25,155 nucleotides of DNA from Thermoplasmata archaeon (GCA_034667685.1 JAXDQU010000075.1:1-25155), one strand, 5' to 3'. Positions 1 to 9,774 are shown, numbered from the stretch's first letter. Made by a program: numbers and translations. Notes: generated from the letters alone by a model not told the origin.

Positions 1-42
1 GGCGACGGGATTGACGAGGAGGCCGAGGCGGCGCGCGCCCAT
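1..42 (-). CDS. 5' end of probable ATP-NAD kinase-family protein (runs off window)
   Basis: ATG at 42 reads MGARRLGLLVNPVA, matching the 'GLxVNPxAG' N-terminus of ATP-NAD kinase/diacylglycerol-kinase-like proteins. TTAAG box at 68-72, about 26 nt upstream. Only 14 codons are visible. Confidence 0.55.
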   Translation of the reverse strand, partial: MGARRLGLLVNPVA

Positions 43-171
43 CGGATCGCGGTATCCGAGGCGAGCCTTAATCCCTTGGCGTGGACCGGAAGCCAACCCC
101 CGGCGCCCGTAGCTCCGGCGCACCACCAGCCCATGTTATGAGCCAACGTTGCCTAGCGCGGCGCGAGCACC

Positions 172-762
172 ATGTCCCGCGCGCCGGACGTCTGGACCAT
201 CGGGCATTCCAGCGTCCCGCTGGCCAGGTTCCTCGAGCTCGCAGACTCGCAAGGCATCCAGGTCGTCGCGGACGTGCGGTCGAGCCCCTTTTCACGATTC
301 GCACCGCACTTCAGCCGGCCGGCCCTGGAATCGACGCTGCTGGAACACGGTCTCCACTATGCGTTCTTGGGGCGCGAGCTGGGGGGCCGCCCCGAAGACC
401 CCGCCTGCTACGACGACGAAGGTCACGCGCTCTACTGGAAGATGGCCCGCACCCCCATATTCGAGGAAGGGCTCGCCCGCCTGGGCATCTGGGCGCGTCG
501 CTATCGCGTCGCGCTCCTCTGCAGCGAGGAGGACCCAGCCGAATGCCACCGCCATCTGCTCGTCGCGCGCGTGCTGCAGGAGCGCGGGATCGAGGTGCGG
601 CACGTCCGCGGCACGGGCGCGGTGGAGACGGATGCGGAGACGAGAGGCCGAAGCCGGCCCCGACGTCAAACCTCGATCCTCGACGCGCGGGAGGAGCCCA
701 CATGGAGATCGCCACAATCGGTTTTACGAAGAAATCCGCCGAAGAGTTCTTCGAGCGGCTGA
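172..762 (+). CDS. DUF488 family protein
   Basis: N-terminal WTIGHS, DVRSSPFSRFAPHF, LGGRP and LLCSEEDPAECHR motifs typical of DUF488. Confidence 0.9.
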   Translation: MSRAPDVWTIGHSSVPLARFLELADSQGIQVVADVRSSPFSRFAPHFSRPALESTLLEHGLHYAFLGRELGGRPEDPACYDDEGHALYWKMARTPIFEEGLARLGIWARRYRVALLCSEEDPAECHRHLLVARVLQERGIEVRHVRGTGAVETDAETRGRSRPRRQTSILDAREEPTWRSPQSVLRRNPPKSSSSG

Positions 763-1139
763 AGCGCGCGGGCATCCGGCAGCTCGTGGACGTGCGCCTG
801 AACAACGTCTCGCAGCTCGCCGGCTTCGCGAAGAAGGACGACCTCCGTTACTTCCTGCGCGAGATCTGCGACGCCGAGTACGTCCACGAGCCCCTCCTGG
901 CCCCAACGCAGACGCTCCTCGACGCGTACAAGAAAGAGGGCGAGGCGTGGCCGGCGTACGAGAAGCGTTTCCTGGCGCTCATGGCAGAGCGCAAGGTGGA
1001 GGAGCGCATCCCGAGGTCGCTCTTCGACGTGCCCACCGTGCTCTTGTGCAGCGAGGACAAGCCCCACCACTGCCATCGGCGCCTGGTCGTGGACCACCTG
1101 GCCCAGAAGTGGGGGCCCATCGCCGTACGGCACCTGTGA
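702..1139 (+). CDS. DUF488 family protein (second type)
   Basis: ATG at 702 after GAGGAG (691-696). MEIATIGFTKKSAEEFF...DVRLNNVSQLAGFAK...LLCSEDKPHHCHR. The ORF-track start at 81 is an upstream extension. Confidence 0.9.
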   Translation: MEIATIGFTKKSAEEFFERLKRAGIRQLVDVRLNNVSQLAGFAKKDDLRYFLREICDAEYVHEPLLAPTQTLLDAYKKEGEAWPAYEKRFLALMAERKVEERIPRSLFDVPTVLLCSEDKPHHCHRRLVVDHLAQKWGPIAVRHL

Positions 1140-1141
1140 GG

Positions 1142-1824
1142 CTACGCGCTCCAGTCCACGGCCGTGGGAAAGTGCACGTTGTTGACCTGGAGCCAGTGGC
1201 GGGGCCGGTCGTCGGAGGGCTTCGTCCACGCGCGGCCGACGCCGACGGCGAGCAGGCATTCCTCTGCGCGGAGCCGTTCGCCCAACCGCTGGGCCGCCCG
1301 GGCGTCGAGGGTCTTCTGGTCGGCCTGGACGAGACGGATGTCGGTGAGCGCGACCGTCAGGTCCATCCCCTCGTCGCGGAAGCGGAGGCGCGGATGCTCG
1401 TCGAAGAAGCTGAGGCTGGGGCGCGTCGGGGGGCGCAGGATGCCCAGCGAGGCTGCGCCCTGCCCCAAGGGCAGCGCCGCCGTCGCCCCCTGGGGCTCCA
1501 GGCTGGGCCCGAAGACGGCCCGGAGCGAGGGGCGCGCGCAGCGCCCAGGACGCGCCAGAACCGGGCCGCGTCGAGACGATCAAGGGGACGCAGCTCGCGA
1601 TAGGCGTGGTCCTCGATCTCCGGCGCGCGCCCGCACGGAAACACGCCGGTGAGCTCCACCACCTGGCCCAGCTGGAACGGGCCGCCCTCGCCGCGCAGCA
1701 TCGCGCGAGGAAAGCGCCTGCCCGGCGTGACCGGACGGATGGACCCGCCGCTGGAGAGGTCCTGCCCGGCGACGCAGATGTAACCCGGGCTCATCCGGGT
1801 GAGGTGGGTAACGGCGAGCCGCAC
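1142..1824 (-). pseudogene. Dual OB-fold (DuOB)-like protein, split by a 1-nt frameshift near 1545
   Basis: GTG at 1824 gives VRLAVTHLTRMSPGYICVAG...IRPV...RFWRVL. The protein continues in another frame as RCARPSLRAVFGPSLE...SLGILRP...LTDIRL...HWLQVNNVH to the stop at 1142. One extra G at CTG-GG-CGC (1544-1546) would fuse the two halves. Family call is from motif recall (CVAG, RPV, SLG, TDxR). Confidence 0.65.
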
Positions 1825-1904
1825 GGAGCAGCCTCGGTAACAGGAGGCGTCGTCACCCCCATTTGAGCACATCGCTTGGGGGCCGCAACAAGGCGGCTAC
1901 CGGC

Positions 1905-3418
<1,514 letters not shown>

Positions 3419-3422
<4 letters not shown>

Positions 3423-4762
3423 GCGATCGCCTCCTGGAGGCGCGCGAGGACGTCGGGCGTGTGCATCTCCGTCGCGCACCAGAGCGAGGCATGGCCGAGC
3501 TCGGGGAGCTGCCTGGTGATATCAAGGCCGCCGCGCAGCCCCGCGCGCTCGACCTTGGCGGCAAGCTCCGCGACGGGCTTGTCGTGCTTCAGGACGAACT
3601 CGTGGTAGTGGGCGCCGGAGAAGGCGGGCTTGAGGCCGTGCGCGCGGGCGAGCGTCTCGCGCGCCTTGGCGGCGTTGGCCGCGCAGGTGCGCGCGGTCTC
3701 GACGAAGCCCTTCTCGCCCAGGAGCGCGAGGTGCACGCTGAACGCGAGCGCGTTCAACGCCTCGTTGGAGCAGATGTTCGACGTCGCCTTGTCGCGGCGG
3801 ATGTGCTGCTCGCGCGTGGAGAAGGTCAGGCAGTAGGCGCGCTCGCCCTTCTCGTCGACCGTCTCGCCCACGATGCGCCCGGGCATCTTGCGCACGTGCT
3901 CCCAGCGCGTGGCGAAGAGGCCCAGCGCGGGCCCGCCGAAGCTGGGGTGGTTGCCGATGGCGCCCCCCTCTCCGACCGCGACGTCCGCGCCGTACGCGCC
4001 GGGGCCGCGCGCGACGCCCAGCGAGAACGGGTCGCCGACGTCCACGACGAAGAACGCCTTCGGGGCCTTGCGGTCCAGGAGCGCGCGTACCTCGGGCGCC
4101 TTGCTCTCCCAGACGCCGAAGAAGTTGGGGTTCTGGAGCACGACGGCCGCGGTGTCGGGCGTGAGCCTCGATTCGAGGTCGGCGAGGTCCATCTCGCCGG
4201 TCCGCGCGTCGAAGGCGAACTCCTCGATCGTGACGGGGAGGCCGACCAGGTAGTTCTTGACGATGCTCTTCTTCTCCCACGAGAGGTTGCGCGGCAGGAG
4301 CACCTTCTTGCCGCGGTTGGCGCGCACGGCCATCATCGCGGCCTCGGCGAGCGCGGTGGGCCCGTCGTACATCGAGACGTTGGCGACTTCCAGCTCGGTG
4401 AGGCGCGTCGCGTAGGTCTGGTACTCGAACATCGCCTGGAGGTAGCCCTGGAGGATCTCGGGCTGGTAGGGCGTGTAGGAGGTGTAGAACTCGCCGCGCA
4501 GGATGATGGGGAGGACGGCCTGGGGGACGTAGTGCTGATAGCTTCCCGCGCCCAGGAAGTGGGGGCGCTTGTCGAAGTCCGCGTTGCGGCCCATCATGGC
4601 CTTCATCTCGCGGAAGACGTCCTGCTCGCTGCGCGCCTTGGGCAGCTTCAGCGTGGTGCGCACGTTGCGCGGGACGTCGGCGAACAGGTCCTCGACGCTC
4701 TTCAGGTCGAGCGTCCGGAGCATGGCTTCCTCGTCGGCCTGGCCGGTCAGGAAGTGCGTCAC
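3419..4762 (-). CDS. gcvPA: Glycine dehydrogenase (decarboxylating) subunit 1
   Basis: FLGAGSY, YTSYTPYQPEI, TREQHIRRDKATSNICSN. Start placed at GTG 4762, 25 nt downstream of CTTAAG. The ORF-track extension to 4882 reads through a palindromic repeat. Confidence 0.95.
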
Positions 4763-4786
4763 GAGAGGCGGGACGGGGGTGCCCGA

Positions 4787-4792
4787 CTTAAG
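4787..4792 (-). promoter_or_regulatory. TATA-like box (CTTAAG) for gcvPA, probably leaderless
   Basis: AT-rich hexamer 25 nt upstream of the GTG. Similar spacing is seen for thrB (CTTAAG 20022-20027), the gene at 1-42, and the ThDP gene (CTTAG 9447-9451). Confidence 0.6.
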
Positions 4793-4812
4793 CCTTGACT
4801 CAACGCGGACGC

Positions 4813-4910
4813 GTGACCCGCAGGGAAAACCCGAGAACCCGCGGACCCGACGACCCCGTTTCGCCGCGGGTTTTCGGGTCATCGGGTCCGCGGGTTTCAG
4901 CCGGGGTCAC
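4813..4910. repeat. Periodic palindrome, 8-bp unit nnnACCCG x4 / CGGGTnnn x4
   Basis: aaaacccg agaacccg cggacccg acgacccc (4826-4857), spacer, then cgggtttt cgggtcat cgggtccg cgggtttc (4867-4898). Outer arms gtgaccc/gggtcac. Confidence 0.85.
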
Positions 4911-4913
4911 TCC

Positions 4914-5312
4914 TCAATGCGCTGTTTCCAGGAACTTCCGGTACGCCGCGGCGTCCATGAGCTTGGACAGCGCGTCCTTGTCCGCGACCTCGATGACGCA
5001 GAACCAGCCCTTGCCGTAGGGGTCGTGGTTCATCAGCTCGGGCTCGTCGTCCAGCGCCGCGTTGGCCTCCACGACCTTGCCGGCGAGGGGGGCGAAGACG
5101 TCGTTCACGGACTTCACGGACTCGACGACGCCCATGGAGTCGTGGTGGCCGAACTCGTCCCCGACGTCGGGAAGCTCGACGTACACGACGTCCGTGAGCG
5201 CCTCCTGCGCGTAGTCGGTGATGCCGATCTTGGCGCGGCTGCCGTGGACTTCGACCCACTCGTGGTCTTCCGTGTAGCGCAGGTGGTCGGGGACCTTCGA
5301 GGGGCCAGCCAT
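4914..5312 (-). CDS. gcvH: Glycine cleavage system H protein
   Basis: LRYTEDHEWV, IGITDYAQEALTDVVYVELP, lipoyl-lysine motif VESVKS, DPYGKGW. ATG at 5312. Confidence 0.96.
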   Translation of the reverse strand: MAGPSKVPDHLRYTEDHEWVEVHGSRAKIGITDYAQEALTDVVYVELPDVGDEFGHHDSMGVVESVKSVNDVFAPLAGKVVEANAALDDEPELMNHDPYGKGWFCVIEVADKDALSKLMDAAAYRKFLETAH

Positions 5313-5407
5313 GCCGGCGGCTACTGAAGCGGCGCGCTTCAAGATTTCTGCGGCAAACGGGGGGCTCGGGGGGCTGAGCCGCCCGACCATATCCTCGGCT
5401 TGCCGCG

Positions 5408-5488
5408 GCGCTTCGCTTTCCGCCATCACGCCAAGACGCCAACACGCCGCGTGTTGGCGTGTTCGCGTGATGGCGGAAAGCGAAGCGC
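5408..5488. repeat. Periodic palindrome, 8-bp unit CGCCAnnA x3 inside a ~39-bp inverted repeat
   Basis: gcgcttcgctttc cgccatca cgccaaga cgccaaca cg-ccg-cg tgttggcg tgttcgcg tgatggcg gaaagcgaagcgc; two mismatches. Confidence 0.85.
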
Positions 5489-5530
5489 GGGCAGGGACAA
5501 CCACCGCAGAGCGTGGTCGTGAAGCAGCCC

Positions 5531-7369
5531 CTAGACCGGACCCAGGCCCGCGTCCAGCCCGCCCACGAGCACGAACGCCGCGAAGGTGTCCGCGTTGTTG
5601 GTCGAGTCGACGTCCACGAAGCGTGGCGCCGAGACGGTGGCCTTCAGGTCGACGTCGCCCGCGTAGCCCACGGGGCTCCAGCCGAACGTGACCTCGCGCG
5701 TCTCGCCGGGCGCCAGGTCCGCGAGCGTCGTGCTGCCCACGAAGCCGGGGGCGAGGATGCCCGTGCGGCCCTGCGCGGTGAGCGTCACCGTGGGGAAGGC
5801 GATCGTCGCATTGCCCAGGTTCGTGACGTTCACGTGCACGTGGCGCGTGGCGACGGGGTTGCCCATGATGGGGCCCGCGTCGGTGCGGATGATGGGCTGG
5901 TCGACGCCGACGATCTTCACGGCCAGGTCGCCGCGCGGGAGCGGCGCGACGTAGACGCTCACGTTGGCGACGTTGTTCCCCTCGTCGCTCTCCTTGACCT
6001 GGGCGCGGCTGTCGGCGAACGCGGTGACCGTGTGCGTGCCGGCGGTCGTGCCGTTCCAGAGCGCGCCGACCGTGTACGTCGCGCCGGGCGCCAGCGAGGG
6101 CACGCCCCGGGTGCCGAGCGCGAGGCCGTCCGCGTAGACGGTGGCGTTGCTCGGGCCGGCGGTGGCCGCGCCGACGTTCTGGACGGTCGCGAAGACGAAC
6201 GTCGACTCGCCCTCGGTGAGGTTGCCGAGGACCGTGACGTTCGAGACGACGAGGTCGGCCTGGTCGGAGGTGACGTTGATGGCGTCCGTGAGGCCGTTCG
6301 TGCCCCACGCGTAGTTGCCCCAGACGTCCTCGACGTACGCGTAGCGGAGCTTGTAGAGGCCCGGGGGCGTCGAGGCGCCCACGAAGCCCGTGGCGTTGCC
6401 GTAGGAGCCGGGCGTCTCGTTGCCGTACCACGACGCGGAGATGCTTCGCTGGCAGCTGTCGTCGAGGCAGTAGTCGAACCACGCCGACTGGATGTTGCTC
6501 GCGTCGGAGACGGTGTAGTTGACGGCGAAGCTGTCGCCCGCGCGCGCGGAGCCGGGACCGGCGACGGCCTCCAGCACCGGGGGCTGGTCGTCCACGGAGG
6601 CGTTCGCGTCGCCGAAGGCGAAGGTGGGTCCGTGGGGCTCGGCGTAGAGCATGTTGCCCCACTGGTCCCAGGCGTAGACGTAGCTCAGCGTGTAGTTGCC
6701 CGGGAGGAGGTTCGCGGGGAGCGTGGTGTACGCGTTGTCGTAGCTTCCGGAGGGCTCGCGCCCCGACCAGAAGACCGAGACCTGGTGCGACGAGCAGTTG
6801 GACTCGCGGCAGAACGTGAACTGCGCGTTCGTGAGGTTGCTCGCGTCCGAGACGTCGTAGGAGACGCGCAGCTCGTCGTTGGCGTAGAACTGCGTGCCGT
6901 TGATCGCGAAGTTGGTCAGGACGGGCGGGTCCACGTCGACGGTCGCGTTGGGGTCGCCCACGGTGAAGCTGAGGTTGGTCACGTTGGACGCGTAGCCGCC
7001 GTTGCCGTACTCGTCGCCCGCGTAGATCCAGACGAGGGAGTAGTTGCCCGGCAGCGTGTCGTTCGAGACGTAGGCCGTGCTGTTGCTGTACGTGCCGCTG
7101 GGCTCGTGGCCCCACCACGTCGTGTCGATCGAGTGGGTGCAGTTCGCATCGCGGCAGAAGAGCGCCTGGACGGTCGTGACGTTGCTCGCGTCGCTCACGG
7201 TGTAGTTGAGCGCCACGGTGTCGCCTGCCTCGTAGTGTGAGGCGTTGAGGTGCGCCGCAGTGACGGAGGGCGGGGTCGTGTCGCCGCCCGCCGCCAGCAG
7301 GGTGGGCGCGGGCAGGAGGACGGCGATCACGAGCAGGATGGCGAGACGAGACGTGTTGGTAACGGACAG
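5531..7369 (-). CDS. Secreted protein with three tandem Ig-like repeats and two CARDB-like domains
   Basis: Hydrophobic signal region RLAILLVIAVLLP. Three ~125-aa repeats DxxPPxx...YxVSDASN...CxxxxC...LPGNY/TPPGLY...DxxGN. Then ADLVVSNV...TVQNVG...ESDEGNN and GDLAV...TNLGN...DSTNN. Start uncertain (CTG 7369 or GTG 7330; the ORF is open to 7483). Confidence 0.8.
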   Translation of the reverse strand: MSVTNTSRLAILLVIAVLLPAPTLLAAGGDTTPPSVTAAHLNASHYEAGDTVALNYTVSDASNVTTVQALFCRDANCTHSIDTTWWGHEPSGTYSNSTAYVSNDTLPGNYSLVWIYAGDEYGNGGYASNVTNLSFTVGDPNATVDVDPPVLTNFAINGTQFYANDELRVSYDVSDASNLTNAQFTFCRESNCSSHQVSVFWSGREPSGSYDNAYTTLPANLLPGNYTLSYVYAWDQWGNMLYAEPHGPTFAFGDANASVDDQPPVLEAVAGPGSARAGDSFAVNYTVSDASNIQSAWFDYCLDDSCQRSISASWYGNETPGSYGNATGFVGASTPPGLYKLRYAYVEDVWGNYAWGTNGLTDAINVTSDQADLVVSNVTVLGNLTEGESTFVFATVQNVGAATAGPSNATVYADGLALGTRGVPSLAPGATYTVGALWNGTTAGTHTVTAFADSRAQVKESDEGNNVANVSVYVAPLPRGDLAVKIVGVDQPIIRTDAGPIMGNPVATRHVHVNVTNLGNATIAFPTVTLTAQGRTGILAPGFVGSTTLADLAPGETREVTFGWSPVGYAGDVDLKATVSAPRFVDVDSTNNADTFAAFVLVGGLDAGLGPV

Positions 7370-7512
7370 GAGGTGAGCCCCCTCGCAGCCGCGCGAGCCC
7401 CCATGCCCCTCTAAACCCTTCCCGTGAGATCGGCTGCGCGTCCGGCCCACCGGGGGCCCCTCCGGCGCTTTCCGAACCTTCATATCGGCAGACGCGCCGA
7501 GGCCACCTTCGT

Positions 7513-7668
7513 ATGACCCAAGCGGTCCACTACCACCACGCCTGCCGCCAGGGCGGCCCCCGCGAGCTCCCGATCACCTGGGACCGCGTGTCCGGTGGCG
7601 GCCGCGTCTCGTGCCCCATCTGCGGCGTGAGCCGGCTTACGGCCACGATCCGCGGCAACACGATCTGA
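7513..7668 (+). CDS. Small CPxCG-type zinc-finger microprotein (51 aa)
   Basis: MTQAVHYHHACRQGGPRELPITWDRVSGGGRVSCPICGVSRLTATIRGNTI*, with HxC...CPICG. CGAA..TTCATAT promoter-like element at 7473-7485, about 28 nt upstream. Pyrimidine run follows the stop. Shorter than any ORF in the track. Confidence 0.7.
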   Translation: MTQAVHYHHACRQGGPRELPITWDRVSGGGRVSCPICGVSRLTATIRGNTI

Positions 7669-7699
7669 TCTCCCTCTTCTTCTCGGCTCGGGCTCCACG

Positions 7700-7768
7700 C
7701 CAGCCACAGAGGATCACAGAGGAACGAGAAAAGTCGCCTCCGTGACCTCTGTGTCCTCCGTGGCTGGA
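7700..7768. repeat. Periodic palindrome, 9-bp unit CCTCYGTGN (copy 1)
   Basis: ccagccacagaggatcacagagg...cctccgtga cctctgtgt cctccgtgg ctgg. 7735-7768 matches 9492-9525 at 33 of 34 nt. Confidence 0.85.
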
Positions 7769-7787
7769 GGCGGGGCGGCCGCAGGAC

Positions 7788-9422
7788 CTACATCGGCTTG
7801 CCGGAGCCCTTGTTCGTGCTCCGGTCAATGACCACGTCGACCACCGACGCCTTGCGCGACGCGAACGCGCGCTCGATGGCGGGCGCGACCTCCTTCGGCT
7901 CCGTCACTCGCTCGCCGTGCCCGCCGCACGCGAGGGCGATCTGGTCGTAGCGCACCTTCTGCGAGAGGCCGGTGGCGACTGCCCTGTCCTCGCCGTAGAA
8001 CGTGAGTTGCGGGTCGCGGATCTGGTTCCATGCGCCGTCGTTGGCGACCACGACCGTGACCGCGATGCCCTGGCGCGCGCAGCTCTCGATCTCCATCCCG
8101 TTGAGGCCGAACGCGCCGTCGCCCGAGAGCACGAGCACCTTCTTGGCCGGGTGGACGAGCTTGGCGGCCATCGCGAAGGGGAGGCCGACGCCCAGCGTGC
8201 CGTACGGGCCGGGGTCGAGCCAGTGGCCGGGTTGGCCGATCTCCAGCACCTTGCCCGCGAGCGCGACGATGTTGCCCCCGTCGCCGATGACCAGCGTGCT
8301 CTCGTCGATCGCGTCGTTGAAGCCCTTGAGCATGGCCAGCGCGTGCATCGGGTCGCCGCCTTCGGCCATCGTCGCGGCGTTCTCGGCCACCTTCTTCTCG
8401 TCGTGCGCGCGCAGCTTCGCCATCCAGCCCGCGCGGTCCGGCATCGGGCGGCCGCGCACGAGCGCGTGCAGGTCGCGCAGCGCGAGGCCGACGTTGCCCA
8501 CGAGGCCGACCTCCACGGGGCGGCGACCCAGCGCGGCGGCGGTCGTGTCCACGTGGACGACCTGCGCGTCGGGGTTCACGCCCTCGCCGAAGTTCATGCG
8601 GAAGTCGAAGGGCGTCGCGAAGTCGAGGATGACGTCGGCCTCCGCGAGCGCCTTGCCGCGCGAGTGGACGAGGAAGCGCGGGTGGCCGCGGGGCAGCATG
8701 CCGCGCGCCAGTCCGTTGAGGTAGAAGGGCGCCTCGTAGGCGTCCGCGAAGGCCCGCAGCGCGTTCTCGCCGTGCCCCCACCAGACGCCGGCGCCCGCGA
8801 GCACGACCGGGCGCTCGGCGCGTGATAGCAGATCGGCCGCGCGGCGCAGGTCCACCTCGTCGGGGCGGACGTGGAACGGCACGCGCTGGCGGCCCGCGGG
8901 GTACGTGGGCTCGGGCGCCTCGGCGAAGAGGATGTCCCAGGGCACTTCCAGGAACGCGGGGCCGGTGCGCGGGCTCGTGGCCTCGCGGAACGCGGTGTGG
9001 ACGTGGTCTTGGAGGAGCCGAGTCTCGAAGCACGACGCGGTCCACTTGCACAGCGGCGCGAGCACGGGCGCCTGCGGCCCCTCCTGGAGCGCGCCCTGGC
9101 CGAAGCGCACGAAGTCGCTCTGGCCGCCGATGACGACCACCGGCGAGTCGGCCGCGCGCGCGTTGGCGACGCCGGTCACGCCGTTCATGACGCCGGGGCC
9201 CGCGGTGACGGCCGCGACGCCCGGGTTGCGCGTGAGGCGCGAGACCGCGTCGGCGGCCATGACGGCGGCCTGCTCGTGGCGCACGTCCACGACGCGGATG
9301 CCCTCGTCGAGGCACCCTTCGTAGATCGGCATGATGTGGCCGCCGCAGAGCGTGAAGAGGTGCGTCACGCCCTCGTCCTTGAGCGCGCGGGCGACCTGCT
9401 TGCCGCCGTGCATGTCTGCCAT
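7788..9422 (-). CDS. Thiamine diphosphate-dependent enzyme, acetolactate synthase-like (ILVBL/2-hydroxyacyl-CoA lyase-like)
   Basis: FTLCGGHI, DVRHEQAA, TAGPG, WLDPGPYGTLGVG, and ThDP motif GDGAFG...NDGAW. Confidence 0.9.
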   Translation of the reverse strand: MADMHGGKQVARALKDEGVTHLFTLCGGHIMPIYEGCLDEGIRVVDVRHEQAAVMAADAVSRLTRNPGVAAVTAGPGVMNGVTGVANARAADSPVVVIGGQSDFVRFGQGALQEGPQAPVLAPLCKWTASCFETRLLQDHVHTAFREATSPRTGPAFLEVPWDILFAEAPEPTYPAGRQRVPFHVRPDEVDLRRAADLLSRAERPVVLAGAGVWWGHGENALRAFADAYEAPFYLNGLARGMLPRGHPRFLVHSRGKALAEADVILDFATPFDFRMNFGEGVNPDAQVVHVDTTAAALGRRPVEVGLVGNVGLALRDLHALVRGRPMPDRAGWMAKLRAHDEKKVAENAATMAEGGDPMHALAMLKGFNDAIDESTLVIGDGGNIVALAGKVLEIGQPGHWLDPGPYGTLGVGLPFAMAAKLVHPAKKVLVLSGDGAFGLNGMEIESCARQGIAVTVVVANDGAWNQIRDPQLTFYGEDRAVATGLSQKVRYDQIALACGGHGERVTEPKEVAPAIERAFASRKASVVDVVIDRSTNKGSGKPM

Positions 9423-9467
9423 GCGTGGTCGAGCGGCCCGCGTTGGCTAAGCCCTTTTCCCTGCGCG

Positions 9468-9525
9468 TCCAGCCGCGGAGGACGAGAAAACCGCCTCCGT
9501 GACCTCCGTGTCCTCCGTGGCTGGA
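9468..9525. repeat. Periodic palindrome, 9-bp unit CCTCCGTGN (copy 2)
   Basis: tccagccgcggagga...cctccgtga cctccgtgt cctccgtgg ctgga. Same orientation as the copy at 7700-7768. Confidence 0.85.
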
Positions 9526-9573
9526 AGCGCGTGAGGACAACATTCACAAGCGCGCGCCCGCGTGCCCGACCAC

Positions 9574-9774
9574 GTGAACGTCGCCGACGCCAAAGGCCTC
9601 ACCTTCGAGTGCCAGCCCGGCTGCGGCTCCGCTGCGGCTGGCGTACCAGCCGGCAATACGCCCTACGCGCCCCGCTCCGCGCCGCAAGCGGCGCTTCGGG
9701 GGCGATAAGCCTGTCCGGTGGGAACGTCCAGGACGCGCGCGGACTCACCTTCGAGTGCCAGCCCGGCTGCGGCT
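9574..9774 (+). other. Duplicated gene 5' end: 31-bp exact direct repeats (9598-9628, 9744-9774) bounding a 115-bp unique insert
   Basis: ctcaccttcgagtgccagcccggctgcggct occurs twice, 146 bp apart. Copy 1 reads GTG-NVADAKGLTFECQPGCG and ends at TAA 9706-9708. Copy 2 reads GGG-NVQDARGLTFECQPGCGFCC and continues into the full gene. Confidence 0.85.

Noticed and set aside
4763-5530. Glycine riboswitch or tRNA near the gcv genes
   Set aside because: The hairpins are simple periodic palindromes without glycine-aptamer motifs or a cloverleaf/T-loop.
4914-7118. 734-aa ORF suggesting a long N-terminal fusion to GcvH
   Set aside because: The upstream part is an off-frame read of the CARDB gene and the palindrome; GcvH has its own ATG and TATA-like box.
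8871-9710. N-terminal extension of the YkgJ ORF to 651 aa
   Set aside because: It is antisense to the ThDP enzyme gene and runs through repeat DNA; composition is non-coding-like.
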